From the NCBI GenBank assembly GCA_964016885.1, contig OZ024741.1:345960001-346024000 (forward strand): DNA of 64,000 nucleotides. Reading direction: 5' to 3'. The notes beneath the pieces were generated by a model. It made no database searches. It saw only the letters and a list, made by a program, of their open reading frames with translations, and was not told where the DNA came from. How positions within the stretch are numbered: position 1 is the first letter of the stretch; each line of letters starts with the position of its first letter. Position numbers and translations under genes: made by a program. Of the stretch, positions 1 to 14,246 are shown piece by piece. The stretch is from Eledone cirrhosa (lineage: Eukaryota).

Positions 1-2170
1 CTCCTTGTTATTTCCTCCTTGGACATTCCCTGGTCTATTGTCCTCTCCTTCAGTACAAATCTGTGCATTGGCTCCCTACTGTCAGTCACGTATTTGTGCA
101 GGTTGTTTTTCTCCATCTGAACACAGTCCTCTATGCTGATAAGACCTCTTCCACCTTCAGACCTCTTTAAGTAGAGTCTATCGACATCACTCCTCTTGTG
201 GAACATGTTGTAGATAGTCAATAGCTTCCTAGTCTTTCTATCCATTTCTTTTTGTTCAGCAACATTCCATTTCAGAATTCCCGCATTGTACCTAATAATA
301 GATACAGCTCGGGAATTCACTGCACTTATGACATTCCTACTATTTAGATGTGATTTTAATACGCTCTATACTCTCCTAATGTACTCAGATCTTATTAATT
401 CCTTCATATTTTTGTTCTTGATGTCATCAGCCTCCAGAACGCCTAAATATTTGTATCATTCTTCAGTGTTAATTGCCTTTATCATATCACCTGTTGGTAC
501 CTGGATTCCGTTGCTTCTGCTCAATTTACCCCACTTCATCACTAAGACTCCACACTTATTAGTACCAAATTGCTGAAAATAGGACAGTGTCAACAAGTAC
601 ATCCTTCTCACTCTTCCCAAAGAGTTTAAGATCGTCCATGAAGAGGCGGTGGTGATGGTAGGCTCTCCTTTTCCAAACTTGTATGCTGCTCTCACGTTTC
701 GCAGTATAATGGTCAGGGACATCAGGGCAAGGACAAACAACAGAGGAGACATACTATCTCCCTGTAAGATACCTCTCTTGATCTTCACGCCTCCCAAGGA
801 TTATCCAGCTGATGTCAACTCTGTTTTCCAGGACTTCATACTTTTGCCCAACAACTGTCTGATGTTATCTGCCACCTTGAAGATCTCTAGGCTTTTGGTT
901 ATCCAAGAATGAGGTACCATGTCGAATGCCTTTTTGTAATCTATCCATCCCATGGCAAGACCAGTGTGTCTTCTCTTACAATTCCTCATTACCATCTTAT
1001 CAATAATAACTGGTCTTTTGTACCACGGGACTTCTTTCGGCATCCTTTCTGTTCGTCCGGTAACAAGTTGTTTATGTGGAGGTGATGGTAGATTTCCTCA
1101 GACACAATGCTCTTTAATAGTTTCCATATTACGGACAGACATGTGATAGGTCTATAGTTGGTAACATCATTACCCTTGACTCGGTCTTTCATTACCAGAA
1201 CTGGGGTACATTTTGTCAACCACTCTGGTACCTCACCCGACATCAAGCAGTCATTGAACATGGTTGTCAGTTTCGGGTGGAGGGATGTTATATTTTTAAT
1301 CCAATAGCCCTGCACATTTCCAATTGGTTAGTTTTTGGCCTGCCCTTTAAGAGTTTCAGCTGTGATACTCAAATCAGTTTGTTGGTGTGTTTGTTCACTA
1401 ATCTCCTTTTGTACTGTCTCAATCTACACTGCCTGATCATTATGTTCAACATCCTGCTCCCATATTCCTCTCAGAATGTCTTAGTCTGTTCCGCCCCAGG
1501 GATCAAGTCGTTGCCTCTTTCAAGCTGCCCAAACAACATCTGGTTGTTGTCAAACATGCGGTTCTGTCTATACTGACTGACTCTGCTCTCATACCGCCTA
1601 ATCTTTACACTCTTTGCTACAATGCGTTGCTTCAGTTCCTCAATGATGATATTTAGCTTTTTCCTCCTAGTTTTGTACTTTATTTCCAGTCTACTTTTAG
1701 TGTCTATGTTTTGTAGTGTCCCATTCAGTAGGGACTCAAGCTTTCCAATGTCATTTCTCATTTCCTTGATTTGACTATTCAGTCGTTTCTTCCACCAAGG
1801 TTCTGATCTTTCTTGTTTGTTGTTTCCTCTCGTTTTTATGCCAACTAATTTCCTCACCGCATTTGCTGTTGCTTTGAGGATATTGTTGCATTGGTGAAGG
1901 TTCCTCGCCTCAAGGTATGGGATGACTTTGTTTACTTTAGCTGTTGTTTCTTTTAACTTTTTCCTGTCTCCGTTCTCTCAACCTCTTCACCTTCATTTCC
2001 CACTGGCTCGTTTGCCTGGCATACTCCACTCTCCATTTCTAACCTAATCTCTCTGCCCAGTTCCTGCAGTTCCAACTCGCTTATCCATCCATTAGTTCTT
2101 ATTACCCGAGCCTGCCCGGTCAATTTTTGTTCATCTAATTTAAATATGCCAATCTCGTTCCAGATGTTAT
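1..2170 (-). mobile_element. Decayed non-LTR retrotransposon, R4/Dong-like RT, frameshifted; runs off the window start
   Basis: Consecutive minus-strand ORF pieces carry NYRPITCLSVIWKLL, EQKGCRKKSRGTKDQL, WIDYKKAFDMVPHSWI and GILQGDSMSPLLFVLAL; upstream piece has PWWKKRL. These motifs are typical of R4/Dong RTs. Confidence 0.85.
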
Positions 2171-2228
2171 GCATTCGTTTCCTATAGCCCTTTTCCTTGG
2201 GGTTTACTCTTCAGGTAACATTCCATGG

Positions 2229-5015
2229 GACGGTCATTCATATTATGACCGAAGGGAAAAGGCCGCATTGTTTTGTATGTGGGGAAAAAGCCATTTGCGA
2301 GCCTTCTGCCCTCAACTGCTGAAAGATGCAAGGGGTCGAAAGGCTCCACTGCTGCCGACGCCGGGGAGAGAACCACAACTAACACCAGCACCGGCAAAAC
2401 CACCAACAACAACACCAATAGAAAGACCACCACCAACATTGACCACCCAGGGGGGAAACGAGGAAAGCTGTCAAATTCCCCCCCCCCCCCCCAAAAAAAA
2501 AATACACACATCAATAAAACCATAAACACACACACAGACACACTTACAGACACAGACCCCTCATCTACCAGTAGTGAAGATGAGGGAAAACCAAAATCCC
2601 CCCAAATACAAAAAAGCAAACACAAAAAGAAAAAAAAAACTCAACAAAGCACAAAATCACACACCATAAAAAACGCAGACACCACCCACGCAAACATCTC
2701 TCCAATAACACCAACATCAACACCACCATCACCATCACCAGAATCCCCCAAACGCAAACAACCTAAACAGACGCAAGAACAAATATACACACAAACATCT
2801 GAAACCACAGACACCGCACTCACAACAAACACAGACACAACCGAAACAACACCACCAAAACCATCACCACCACAGCCACACAAACAAATAAAATCACAAC
2901 AACAAAACATACAAAACTTCGTGCTCGTCAGGAGGGCCAACAAGGAACTGATGGCCCTCGTAGCACGAAGTGAAAATATACAAAAAGAAGGGGAAATTTT
3001 TAAATAGAGCACATTTCGCGTGCCGGAAGATTTGTTTCTGGTGCAGATGTCGCTCGATTTATACAAAGAAATAGGAGACAGCTTTCCTCGGGACGTGGGA
3101 ACCCCGAACGTAAAACCCACTTCAAGACTTTTAAAGGGGTTCCCAAAAGAAACCCAACCAACTATAGAGGTCGAACCACCCGACCTTGACAAGAGCCTGG
3201 AAGGTAAGTAAATCTTTCCTCTCTCTCTTTTAACCTGCCAACATGGCCGTATTAAGAGTAGGAAGTTTAAATGTTCGAGGCCTGGGATCGTCCTGGAAGC
3301 AGGGTCACCTGCTCAACGGCCTGGGATCGTCCTGGAAGCAGGGTCACCTGCTCAACGACCTCAGGTCTCTAGAAATGGATGTAATTGCCGTCAGCGAGAC
3401 CAGGATTTCCGCCACGCGCGCACTAGCCCCCATTTTCGACGACTATCAGATCTTTGTATCTGTTAGCCGGCTGTGATTGAGAGGCGGGGTGGCAGTGCTG
3501 TTTAGGAAAGGCCTGGATCTCGAGGTATGGTCGATCTTCCGGGACCCAGACGAGGAGTTGGTGGTCATGGACGTGAACAATAACGAAGGTGGTGCCTTTA
3601 GATTGGTGGCCGTCTATGCCCCTACTGGGGCAGGGCGGCCGGACTTCTTTAGACGCCTGGAAGCCTTTCTGGGTACGTCTCGCCCTTTACTGTTAGCGGG
3701 GGACTGGAACGGCATCTTAGACCAAGCTGGGACTGTGTGGGAGTATCCGATAGGAGCGGCGGGTGCAAAAGCCTCAAGAACCTGATCAGCCAGTTCCAAC
3801 TGTCTGACAGGTACCGACTAGATTTCCCTAATGTGCCAGTGTGGACCTGGACTAACCGCATAGGGTCATCTAGATCGTATATAGACAGGATATTCATTAG
3901 GAAAATAGACAGAAATAGTGTAAGCTGTCCATGTTTTGAAACGGTCGCCTATTCAGATCACAAGTTTGTGATCTGTATGGTCGCCCTAGATAAGACGCGT
4001 AGGTTAGGACCTGGTTACGGGAAGCTAAACATATCATTTCCGGCACGTAAGGCCTACAGGGACCAGGTCAACAATTTAGTTAAGAAAAAGTTGACAGGGG
4101 GAGTCGTCAACATTAGATGGTGGGGAGGGGCTCTCAAAAGAGAGATTAGAGTAATGTCGATAGAGTTTATCAAAGAAGTAGCGTTAGAGAAAAATAGAAA
4201 GGAGGGGGAGTTGTAGTTATGTTAGACGAGGCTATTGGTAGTGGCATTGCAACTGACGTGCTAGCGGCGAGAATGGCATTAGACCATTTCTTCAATGCGA
4301 AACATGAAGGTTGCATTGTCAGAGCTAAGGCACATGCTCTGAGAAACGAGAGAACCAAAGCTGTTCGAAGGGCCCGCGTGGCAGAGGCGCAGCGTGGTAT
4401 TAAAACCACGATTCGGTCTTTGACGGACCGAGACGGACACGAGCTGAACGATTCCAAGCGGATGTGTGAGGCCTTTCGCCAACAAATTGCTCGGTTGTTC
4501 GGGGGAAGTGGCGGGTCAGAGACGGTGGCGGACTTCAGTCCCTACCTCGATGGCTTGCCGCAACTCTCGACGGCTTATTTTAGCCAGGGTGTTAGCGAAG
4601 AGGTTGGCTCTTGTCGTCGGGGATTTGGTTGGGAAGGCGTAAACTTGCGCAATCCCAACCAGTTCCATACACGACAACCTCCACCTAATACGATACATCA
4701 TAGAGCGGGTAGGGTGTAAACCTGGCTTCGGTGGGGCTCTGATCAATTTAGATCAATCGAAAGCATTCGATAGGGTCGACCATCGGTATCTGGAGGCTGT
4801 CCTCAAGGCGGCTGGCTTCGGCTCCGTAATCAGAAGCTGGATCGCTGCAATGCACAGCGGCACTTGCTCGATGGTCAAAATTAATGGCCACCTATTGGAA
4901 CCGTTTGAGGTCTCCCGATCGGTCCGTCAAGGGTGCCCTCTCTCCTCCCTTCTGTACGTATTGACACTCGAGCCTTTACTGCGGAAGCTGGAGCTGTTGC
5001 AGGGCATCCCGCTCG
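2229..5015 (+). mobile_element. Decayed L1/Tx1-like LINE: low-complexity ORF1-like region, AP-endonuclease and partial RT, broken at a (TA)n tract
   Basis: APE motifs LRVGSLNVRGL, VIAVSETR, AVYAPTG, LLAGDWNG, SYIDRIF, YSDHK. RT motifs LINLDQSKAFDRVDH (~4738-4783) and VRQGCPLSSLLYVLTLEPLL. Confidence 0.85.
3279..3356 (+). repeat. Exact 39-bp in-frame tandem duplication in the APE domain
   Basis: ggcctgggatcgtcctggaagcagggtcacctgctcaac occurs twice (GLGSSWKQGHLLN x2). Confidence 0.95.
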
Positions 5016-5033
5016 ATATATATATATATATAT

Positions 5034-5196
5034 ATAGGAACGAGTAGGACCCCGACGGCTGAGATCAAGCCGTTTCGACGGCTAATTCTGGACTCGTCGG
5101 GGTCCTATTCGTTCCTATTACCCACTCTACTACCCTAAGTATTGAGTACTTTGGTGCGTTATGGTCCATCTGGTTCCTTACCACATTTCCTTCGTT
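5034..5196 (+). mobile_element. PLE pseudo-LTR (pLTR) family A, solo copy with fold-back end, inside (TA)n
   Basis: Near-identical to 28695-28890 and 29726-29866. Minus strand reads CCGACGA...GAAACGGCT-loop-AGCCGTC, an HHR-like motif. Confidence 0.8.
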
Positions 5197-5559
5197 ATAT
5201 ATATATATATATATATCTATATATGTGTCACAATGTCCGCTCCTCTCTTTCACAGTTGGTCTTTACCATGTTTATAGCATCCAAGAAACTCCTAACGTTT
5301 CTGTTTTGTTTTCATCTTGTAACGTACAGTTTTGCAACTACCTAGGTAGACACTGTTATACCAAATGGACACACATTTCAGTCGGTAGGGGCTGGAACTA
5401 CGTCATTTTCGACGTCCGCTTTCCACGGACTTTCTTTTACCAGTTCACATATTTGAAATATGAAGAAATACATTAACAGATAAGTATTAGGGTGGTGATG
5501 TTAAAATGAAGAAGCACCAACAAAACTGTACTAACCGTTGATAGCAGGAAAATAACGCT

Positions 5560-6230
5560 TTCTTTGTGAGTGATCTATATACACCACTCAATTTTCAAGA
5601 ATCAGTCCGTTTCGTGGTCCCGATCGACAGGATGGAGAAAACATTACCTCAGAGGATGGCGAGAGAGACACCCTGGAACAGCCGTTCCACCTCGTGCGGC
5701 TCACAGTTGCGTGTATCCAACTCAACCCTGGTAGTAGTGAGTAGCTATGTGGTCTGGGGGACAAGAACGGCGGAAATCTCTACTGCCGCAAGCTCGTCTG
5801 CAAACCTATCAGAGAGCGGTCGATACTTTGAGAGTTTGCCCGCTTCGGCCTGGTGAGGAGCGAAGCCTGGTCTTGAGCTGAACGCACCAGATTGGTGCTG
5901 GAGAAAGTGTCGCAATAAATGACATTCCAGATAAGGGATATACACCCGTGGCTCAAACTGGGAGACAAAGTCTGCGCCGTCCAGGCATACTCTACATTCT
6001 CTTTGAGAGCTGCAAGGTGTGAGTGGTGGCTAGCACTATAATGGAATGAGACGGAGTGGAGAGGGAATGTATCCATTGTGAATCCGTAGTGGTATTTGTG
6101 CGGCTCATCGATCCCGAACCCATTCTTTCAGGGAGACACCAACGCGCGAACTGTAGTTGTACAGCTGAGCTATCTGTGATACAAGCTGTACTTTCTCCTT
6201 TTCTTTGGCTATATATTGTATCTGATACCA
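5560..6230 (-). mobile_element. Probable Ty3/Gypsy remnant: PBS-like motif plus degenerate gag
   Basis: TGGTATCAGA (initiator tRNA-Met PBS-like) at 6230-6221, followed by frameshifted peptides LPER...SQWIH, EPRVYIPYLEC and LLTRPKRANSQSIDRSLIGL that resemble Gypsy gag N-termini. Judged by eye only. Confidence 0.45.
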
Positions 6231-6585
6231 TCAGCTCACATTTTCTTTTCTGTAAGTATTATTATGGATATTGCAATTTCGATCATAACGCCAATCATTG
6301 TTATTACGGCTGCTGATGATATTCATAACGTTGTTGGTTATGATGGTAATCAGTATTAGTGCTTTCATCGTTATAACTATTTTTATTGTTCTGAACACAG
6401 CCGCTGATGTTACATTTGCTGTTACTAACATTATTACTATTAATGCTACTATTGTTTTGTTAAGAAGCATTGTGCAGATTCCAACGGTTTTTAAATCAAC
6501 TTTATGAGTGAAACACATTTATTGAGCATAAACATTTATTTTATGTTAAATTAAAAAACAAAAAAACAAAATAGCGTAATTAAGG

Positions 6586-6978
6586 ATTAGTAGATTCGTC
6601 GAGCGACGAGGTATTTGTTTTGCCATTTTATGTTCTGAATTCAAATCCAACCTAAGTCAATTTTTTTTGCAGTTTCCCGTGGTCGATACCATCAAGTAAC
6701 AGTTAAGTACTATAGACTCGATTTAAACTTTTCTCTTCAAGACCCAAACTATTGGCATTATGCTAAAATTAGAAACCATTACCAACGCGATTCCTACTAA
6801 TTTCGTCATAGTTATTACTGAGCTTATTAATAACATTATCGGTATTGGCATTAATTAGTATTATTCGTGTTCAGATCCCGCCGAGGTTAACTTTGCCTTT
6901 CATCCTTACGGGGTCGATAAAATAAAGTACCAGTAATGCACTGGGTAATTGCTGGCCTTGCGCCAAAAGTAGAAACAA
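6586..6978 (+). mobile_element. Two adjacent tRNA-derived SINE copies (divergent 6586-6779; 5'-truncated 6866-6978)
   Basis: B-box-like gaattcaaatcc / gttcagatccc; shared body ttgcctttcatccttacggggtcgataaaataaagtaccag. Confidence 0.75.
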
Positions 6979-7632
6979 TTAATTAGGATTATTTGGTTAC
7001 GCTGGATGAATATACGTTCTTTTGGAAGTTGGGTGTCGTGAAATAAAAGAGTTTCACTGTGTTGCTTATATGTATAGGATTGTATCTATGCGATTATGCG
7101 TATATACGTAATATATTGAGAACTATATTTCATTTCTGATTTCATGAAACACGCTTAACATAAATGTATATAATAATGGTTGCAAGAAAATACCTTGCTG
7201 AGGGTTGCCTCCCTTGTCGAGCCCCACGTGGGTTTTGATAACGGTCAGCCTTTCGCTTGGTACTCGAACTAAAAGCCTGTTGAGAAAGTGACTACCTTGT
7301 TCAATCATCTTACCAAAAGCTTAACATTATTTGTCTAAGCGGACAGTACTTGATTTAGGAGTTGCAGAAACCCAAATGCTGGATATTTTACCAACCTTCC
7401 AGGGGTCCGGATATAATTTTTCAATCATATTTTATTTGTTTGACCCGAATTACTTGGTCGTTTCTATGGCTGTGCGGATAATGGTTTAACCATCGTCTCA
7501 GTGTGTTTGGCCTTTTAACTTATGTTATAGCTCTAGTTCATTAGCTTCTATGGAGCGCTTGCCACACATCTCGGAAGTTGTTTTTAGCTAATTTCCAATA
7601 GCCGAAATACGACTCTCGCTAATTTATATTTG

Positions 7633-7719
<87 letters not shown>

Positions 7720-7822
7720 CAAATACATATTTGCTCTACGGTTCTTATATATTTGATATATATTTATCCTTATCGAGCCCTCTTTGGATTTTAGTCTTCA
7801 AATTTATTATTATTACTGAATT

Positions 7823-7862
<40 letters not shown>

Positions 7863-7864
7863 TT

Positions 7865-8380
7865 TTGAGTTTATGTTGGTTGTATATCAGTATGCAGGCT
7901 GGAGCACTCGACGAAGTGCGCAGGTTGGTTTGGTTACTCCGGAGTAGTGTAAAATAAAGTTAAATAAAAGTCAAATGATTAAAATTTAGCTTCGTTTATT
8001 ACTGCTATATATATTTCAGTGACAGCCATCTTTGGCTGTGACCTCTTCAGGCAGTTTGAATTAGTATGGTATAGACAAGTACATATGTTGTTTAGGTGTA
8101 TGATATTGTCAATACTCTGATATGCCCAGTTCCTTGTTGGGTTGTTAATTCACTGGGATATGACTCCAGTTCCCCAGTGAATTAACAACCCAACAAGGAA
8201 CTGGGCATATCAGAGTATTGACAATATCATACACCTAAACAACATATGTACCTATCTATACCATACTAATTCAAACTGCCTGAAGAGGTCACAGCCAAAG
8301 ATGGCTGTCACTGAAATATATATAGCAGTAATAAACGAAGCTAAATTTTAATCATTTGACTTTTATTTAACTTTATTTTA
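7865..8380. mobile_element. pLTR family B fold-back: 208-bp arms (7950-8157 / 8173-8380), 15-nt spacer, ~85-nt unpaired tail
   Basis: Arms are reverse complements with ~2 mismatches seen; flanked by (GA)n/(TA)n; homologous to 26854-27215. Confidence 0.9.
8275..8329 (+). ncRNA. Minimal type I hammerhead ribozyme, family B (mirror copy at 8001-8055 on minus)
   Basis: actgc-CTGAAGA-ggtcacagcca(aaga)tggctgtcact-GAAA-tatata-TA-gcagt: stem I actgc/gcagt, 11-bp stem II with one mismatch, palindromic stem III. Confidence 0.85.
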
Positions 8381-8549
8381 TATATATATATATATATATA
8401 TTTATTAAAATAACAGATTAAAGTTTAAGCAAAGAATCGCTGCTTTCACCCTTAACGGGATCTTCTGAAACTAACAAAGTCAATCTGTAAACGCAGAACT
8501 GGTTATTTCAAAAAACGTTGCAACCGGAGGAAGACAGGTAGACGATACT

Positions 8550-8824
8550 TTGGTTCGTGGTAACGTTCGCTGGCAAAGAACGGGAAAAAACGAATAATAC
8601 GTCATTATTACGAGCGGTGAAAAACAATTACGCGCAAAGACAAAACCACGTTTATGGTATAAAAGAGGTCGTAGACTAATGTTCTCTTGGGTGGTGCATA
8701 GAGACGTTCTCTGGCAATGAACGAAAAAACGAAGATAATAAGTCATATGTGGAGCGTGGAGAACAATAGCACGCAAAGACAAAACCACGTAATTGGTATA
8801 GCAGAAATCGTAGACTAAAATTCT
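8550..8824 (+). repeat. Diverged ~137-bp tandem duplication
   Basis: acgttc.ctggcaa, cgcaaagacaaaaccacgt and tcgtagactaa each recur about 137 bp apart. Confidence 0.8.
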
Positions 8825-8949
8825 AACTAGGAGACCAAATGAAACTCCGCTACAGAGTTAAGAACAAAGTAAATAAATACAATACAGAAGTAATAGAAAC
8901 AAATAAATACATACACGCAAACAGATAAACAGACAAGCTTCAAACAGAC

Positions 8950-9119
8950 AAGCTTGAAACTAGTACATCGTTCCTGTGTCAGTGTTGAACAAAAAGGTGA
9001 CGTGGTTGCCTTAACACCGTGCGGCATAAATTCAGGCTGTTCAGTCTGTTTACAAACGAACAAAGCGGGCGCAATAATAAGCGTCCGCTAAACTGATACG
9101 TACATATATGTATGTGTAC

Positions 9120-9166
<47 letters not shown>

Positions 9167-9219
9167 TAGTACTGTACGTCTGTATACATATATGTATGTA
9201 CGTATACATACATACTTAC

Positions 9220-9222
<3 letters not shown>
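8950..9222 (+). mobile_element. Family C (retrozyme-like) 5'-truncated copy starting in HHR stem II
   Basis: agcttGAAActagTAcatcgttcctgtgtcagtgttg matches the reverse complement of 63097-63135. Confidence 0.8.
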
Positions 9223-9302
<80 letters not shown>

Positions 9303-9753
9303 CACACACACACACACATATATATATAAATGTATTTTTGTATATATAATATATATAAAGTAAGAAATAGAGATTGATAAATAAATGTACTATATAAACT
9401 CCCACATGAAATGTGGAGGGCGGAAAAATACCAATTTACAGCTTACTGCATTTGTCAAAATGCCAAAATGCCAATTAACGCAGATTGCCATCGCAGTTTG
9501 AAGACAAGAACTCCCTTTGGGGGTGTTAAGAAACTAAAAACCGCAAACAAGGGAGATACTGTCAATAATAACAGTGATTCCAACATTTGGAAAGGAAAGT
9601 CAATGCAGTAAGAAGTGGCTATTTCCTTAAAAACCAACTGGTGAATGCACCGTTCGTATTGTGAGCATATTAGCTTTCTTTAGCGATGCATATTCACTTG
9701 AGTTAGTTCCACTGAGAATGATCAAATCTGAATATATATGCACACATTATTTA

Positions 9754-10246
9754 GTGGATTGGCAGTATCGGTAGAGGGTCGGACGCCATGCTTTCCAGCA
9801 TAGTTACGTCCCTGTACGATCTGAGTTCAAGTCCCGCTGAGGTTGACTTTGCCTTTCATCCTTACGGGGTCGATAAAATAAAGTACCAGTAATGCACTGG
9901 GTAATTACTGGCCTTGTGCCTAAAGTAGAAACAATTATTTAATGAGAAAGATAGTTGGTTGAAATTTCATACACGAGGAGCAAACTACGAAGATGACGTG
10001 ACATTAATCGGGAAATGCAATGGTCGGATTAGCTGTATCGGTAGAGTGTCGGACACTATATTTTGCGGTATATAGTTACGGATTATTTTTATGTTCTGAG
10101 TTCAAATCACGCTGCGGTTAGTTTTGCCCTTTATCCTCACATCGGGGATAGAATAAAGTACCAGTAACGTACTAGAGCTGACTTAATCGACATTCCTCCC
10201 CTACGCTTAGAATTATTTGCCTTGTTCCAAAAGTTGAAACAATTAT
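9754..10246 (+). mobile_element. Two tandem tRNA-derived SINE copies (9754-9936, 10021-10246)
   Basis: A-box-like tggcagtatcggtaga, B-box gagttcaa(g/a)tc, conserved body, ends agaaacaatt. Confidence 0.85.
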
Positions 10247-11152
10247 TCCTGACTTCATATTTAACACGTTTTGCCTTTAAATTTCCTTGTGAAAGAGTTC
10301 CACTTATATTCTTAAGGTTTGGGTATTAATGCTTCTTCCGATTGGCCAGTTTCACAAGGCTTCTCACTATCCTTACAACTTTGATTTTATTACCTGACTA
10401 GGTATATATTTGCAAGCTTGTGTGTGTATGTGTGTGCTTGCGTGTTTGTGTATGTGTAAGTGTGTGTGTGTACACGTATGTGTATATTAACCCTTGTTTA
10501 AAAATGTAGGTTCAAATGATGGTAGTGTTATATCGGTACAGATATACAGTAATTATAAAATTTCCTGAAAACATTTCAATAGCAAAGACGGGGAGATATG
10601 CAGTGCAGACAACAGTTAGTGAGTTAGAAAGACGTCAATTACTATCTGATATTTTTGCCCAGGCTGTGTCTATGACGCTGATTAAAAATTCATAGAGAAA
10701 ACACTTCAAATATTTTCATTCTATCTTCTGGTGAAAGACTAGTGTCCGAAGCGTAAATACTCTTTTCCTAATATATCAAGCTTTAAACTAATATATTTCG
10801 TCATTGTATTCAGTCGTTTTCTTTGTTATGTATGTCTACTTTTTGCACACGCACACACACACACATATATATAAGTGTGTGTGTGTTTGTGTAGGTGTGC
10901 ATATATATGTGTAGGTGTGCATATATTGTGTAGGTGTGCATATAACATATGTATCTAAATTAACACATGAGGTATATGTAAATGCCAGTCTCTTTTCAAA
11001 ATCAAATAAATAGATAGGCTATACATATGTGATATAAGTAGAAGTACATCGAAATATATGATTATTGAAACCAAAACTGTTAACCAATAAATCATACCTA
11101 TACAGATTTATTCCCCTCTTTCTCACTTTGCATGTCTCTTGTAGATATACAT

Positions 11153-11214
<62 letters not shown>

Positions 11215-11215
11215 G

Positions 11216-11343
<128 letters not shown>

Positions 11344-11677
11344 TCACATCGAAATGACAAGTATTTCATTCATAAAATATCATTAGGAACGTCCATTCCT
11401 TCCTTATGATTCCAGTGTTCTAGTCTTGTAGAAGTCATATCTATCCATATACGACTAAAACTCTGTGATTGCTTGCTTGCTCGTCTGTAATGTAATACAG
11501 CCAAAATTGCACATAATGGGAAATATTTTGAAAAGAGGTTGACCCCTGAAATGGGAATACAAATGGAATAAAACAAGTTTCGCGTAAATCGGAGCACGAG
11601 TTCCCGAGATATGGGCTTTCCCGGGTACCTTCATAAGCAGAGAGAGAAAGAGAGAGAGAGAGAGAGTGTGTGTGTGT

Positions 11678-11730
<53 letters not shown>

Positions 11731-11734
11731 AGAG

Positions 11735-11775
<41 letters not shown>

Positions 11776-11920
11776 TAGAGAGAAAGAGATAGTGCTTGTG
11801 AGAGAGTAGATTGAAAGAGAGAAATAGAGAGAGGGAGAGGAGACAGAGAAGGAGAATGGAAGAAAGAAAGAAAGAAAGAGAGAAATAGAGAGAGGGAGAG
11901 GAGACAGAGAAGGAGAATGG

Positions 11921-12023
<103 letters not shown>

Positions 12024-12064
12024 CGTGGTGTTGTTGTGTATATATATATATGTGAGTGTGTGTG

Positions 12065-12105
<41 letters not shown>

Positions 12106-12647
12106 CCTATGACGAGTGTATATAGATCACAGACACCCACATTTATATATACCCGTTCGCGCGAAATCATTTTCTCTCTCTCACATTTGAATTCGCTGCT
12201 GAAAGGTCTTTTTTCTAAGCGCTCATATATTCACCTAGCTTATGCTAACAGAATAACTATGAAGCTTGTCTCCTCCTTTCTACGGTTAGCTATCCTCTTT
12301 GTTGTTATCTTGTCTTACTCGCTTTACGCGTTTTAATTGTCCTAATAACTTAATTTAGTTATTATTGCACCGACGTGAGGTATATGATTTTTAATGCAAT
12401 GAAATATCTATGATCGTCGGCAAATCACTGATGAGGGACTTATTTTATTACATGTTATCCATGTGCAACCAGCAGTATTCTTCTCCCATTTTTTCACATA
12501 TATTTTATATATATATATATACACATACATATATATATATGTATACACACACTTCATGTTTATATATACACATACACGTATATATATATATATAGAACTT
12601 CCAGTTTCATTTCATATTATATACATATCGGTGTGTGTGTGTGTGTG

Positions 12648-12692
<45 letters not shown>

Positions 12693-12697
12693 AGTGT

Positions 12698-12735
<38 letters not shown>

Positions 12736-12956
12736 TGTGTGTGCGTGCGTGTGCGTGTGCGCTCATGTGCGCGCATGTGCGTATGTGTGCGTGTGTGTGT
12801 AGGATAAGTAGATTCCCGAATTGTGTCGGGGGTGGAAGTAATCACAAATATAAAAGGTACTCAATACTTGTGTATACGAACCTAATATAACTGTGTACAG
12901 TTGCCTACTGTGTTTTGTTCGTTCATTTCAACTAACGATATATATATATATATATT

Positions 12957-12987
<31 letters not shown>

Positions 12988-13270
12988 GGCTTTCGACTGA
13001 ATGCCACAGATGGGGTAGATAGCAGTAAGCTATATATAACAGGCCTGAATGGGTCATTGTTTGGTTGAGAGGGGGAACTGACTAAGCGAATTTCATTGAA
13101 ATCTGCGATAGCTAATGATCAACTGCCTTCGGACCTGCGCCTGTACAGACTGGTGGGGGTGAATTGGTACTCACAAGGGAACAGATGAAGAACCCAAGAG
13201 CACACACTTTGTCCGTTCCCATGTCGATTCAATTTGGATTGCCTCGGAAACATTACCTTATTATGTAACA

Positions 13271-13325
13271 AGCTGTCTGACGATGTCGCGGCACTGGCGC
13301 ACGGAACAGTGTGGCCACTGTCACC
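13271..13325 (+). ncRNA. Degenerate hammerhead motif
   Basis: CTGACGA-stem II-cGGAA (GAAA mutated)-cagtg tggc cactg-TC; stem I is poor. Confidence 0.45.
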
Positions 13326-13397
13326 ATTGAAATATATATCACAGCATTATTATTAAAAGATTTGAACATATGAAACTACTTCGCTTTTCCTTATTCG

Positions 13398-13447
<50 letters not shown>

Positions 13448-13479
13448 GGAAATCAAATATATATATATATATATATATG

Positions 13480-13605
13480 TATCAGGATGGAGGCAGTAAA
13501 ATACAGTGTGACCATTACTCCCCAGAGTACTCAATACTTGAGGTAGTAGGGTGGTGGGTAATATGAACAAATTCAGGAACCCGGCGGTTGAGTTCCGGCG
13601 TTTCA
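13480..13605 (-). mobile_element. Divergent pLTR family A copy
   Basis: agagtactcaatacttgaggtagtagggtggtgggtaata...cgtttc matches family A in reverse complement; flanked by (TA)n. Confidence 0.6.
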
Positions 13606-13915
13606 ATTAGCTGTTGAAACATATATATGTAAATATATATTCATATATACATACGCATATGCACACAGACACACAGAATCACACAGAGATACACATAGAT
13701 ATATTAATATATATATATATATAGGTATATATATATATGCCGCTGACAAGCAGACCCCCATCCTAGTCCAGCACCGGACTCTTTCTTCTCCCATCACGTA
13801 TATCCCATAACTACATCCACACCCACACCCAACACCTTTGCCTCATCACATACTTGCCACAATGTCTATGAAAGGCCAAAACACCAGACCACCGTAACTC
13901 ACACCAACCATCACT

Positions 13916-14086
13916 AAGTCCAAGCCATACGCAAGGGGCAATCCGTCGTGTGGACTATGTATTGATGAACGAATAAATATTCTGAGATTACGCAATAGTG
14001 ATTGCCTAAACTCGATAAACGAATTCTTTACACCTTGTCCACACGTCTGGAAACACCTCTTACATAACTACAAAGCTACGGATTGA
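13916..14086 (+). pseudogene. C-terminal end of a Naiad-type PLE GIY-YIG endonuclease (absent from the ORF track)
   Basis: Hand translation KSKPYARGNPSCGLCIDERINILRLRNSDCLNSINEFFTPCPHVWKHLLHNYKATD*. CxLCxxE...LN...CxH parallels the end of ORF 17301-18902. Confidence 0.75.
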
Positions 14087-14246
14087 ATTACAACAACATC
14101 CTAATTTTCTTATCAACTAGAAACTTTCGGACTTTCGCAGTTATCTCCCTTACACCTCTCGCACGCAATTTAGTATTGCCTGTGTGAAGTGATCGTTTCT
14201 GCGCATGCGCGTTCGTACGGTTGTCCTCTGTTCCGTACAACCATGT

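Noticed and set aside
2273-3007. Host mucin-like Thr/Pro-rich protein
   Set aside because: Lies directly upstream of the LINE APE domain in the same orientation; more likely the element's ORF1 or leader.
8550-8824. Repeated blocks resembling a CRISPR-like array
   Set aside because: Only two diverged units of a whole-length duplication; no repeat-spacer pattern or cas genes; eukaryotic context.
9754-9840. tRNA gene
   Set aside because: A/B boxes are present, but it continues into a multi-copy SINE body and no cloverleaf was evident.
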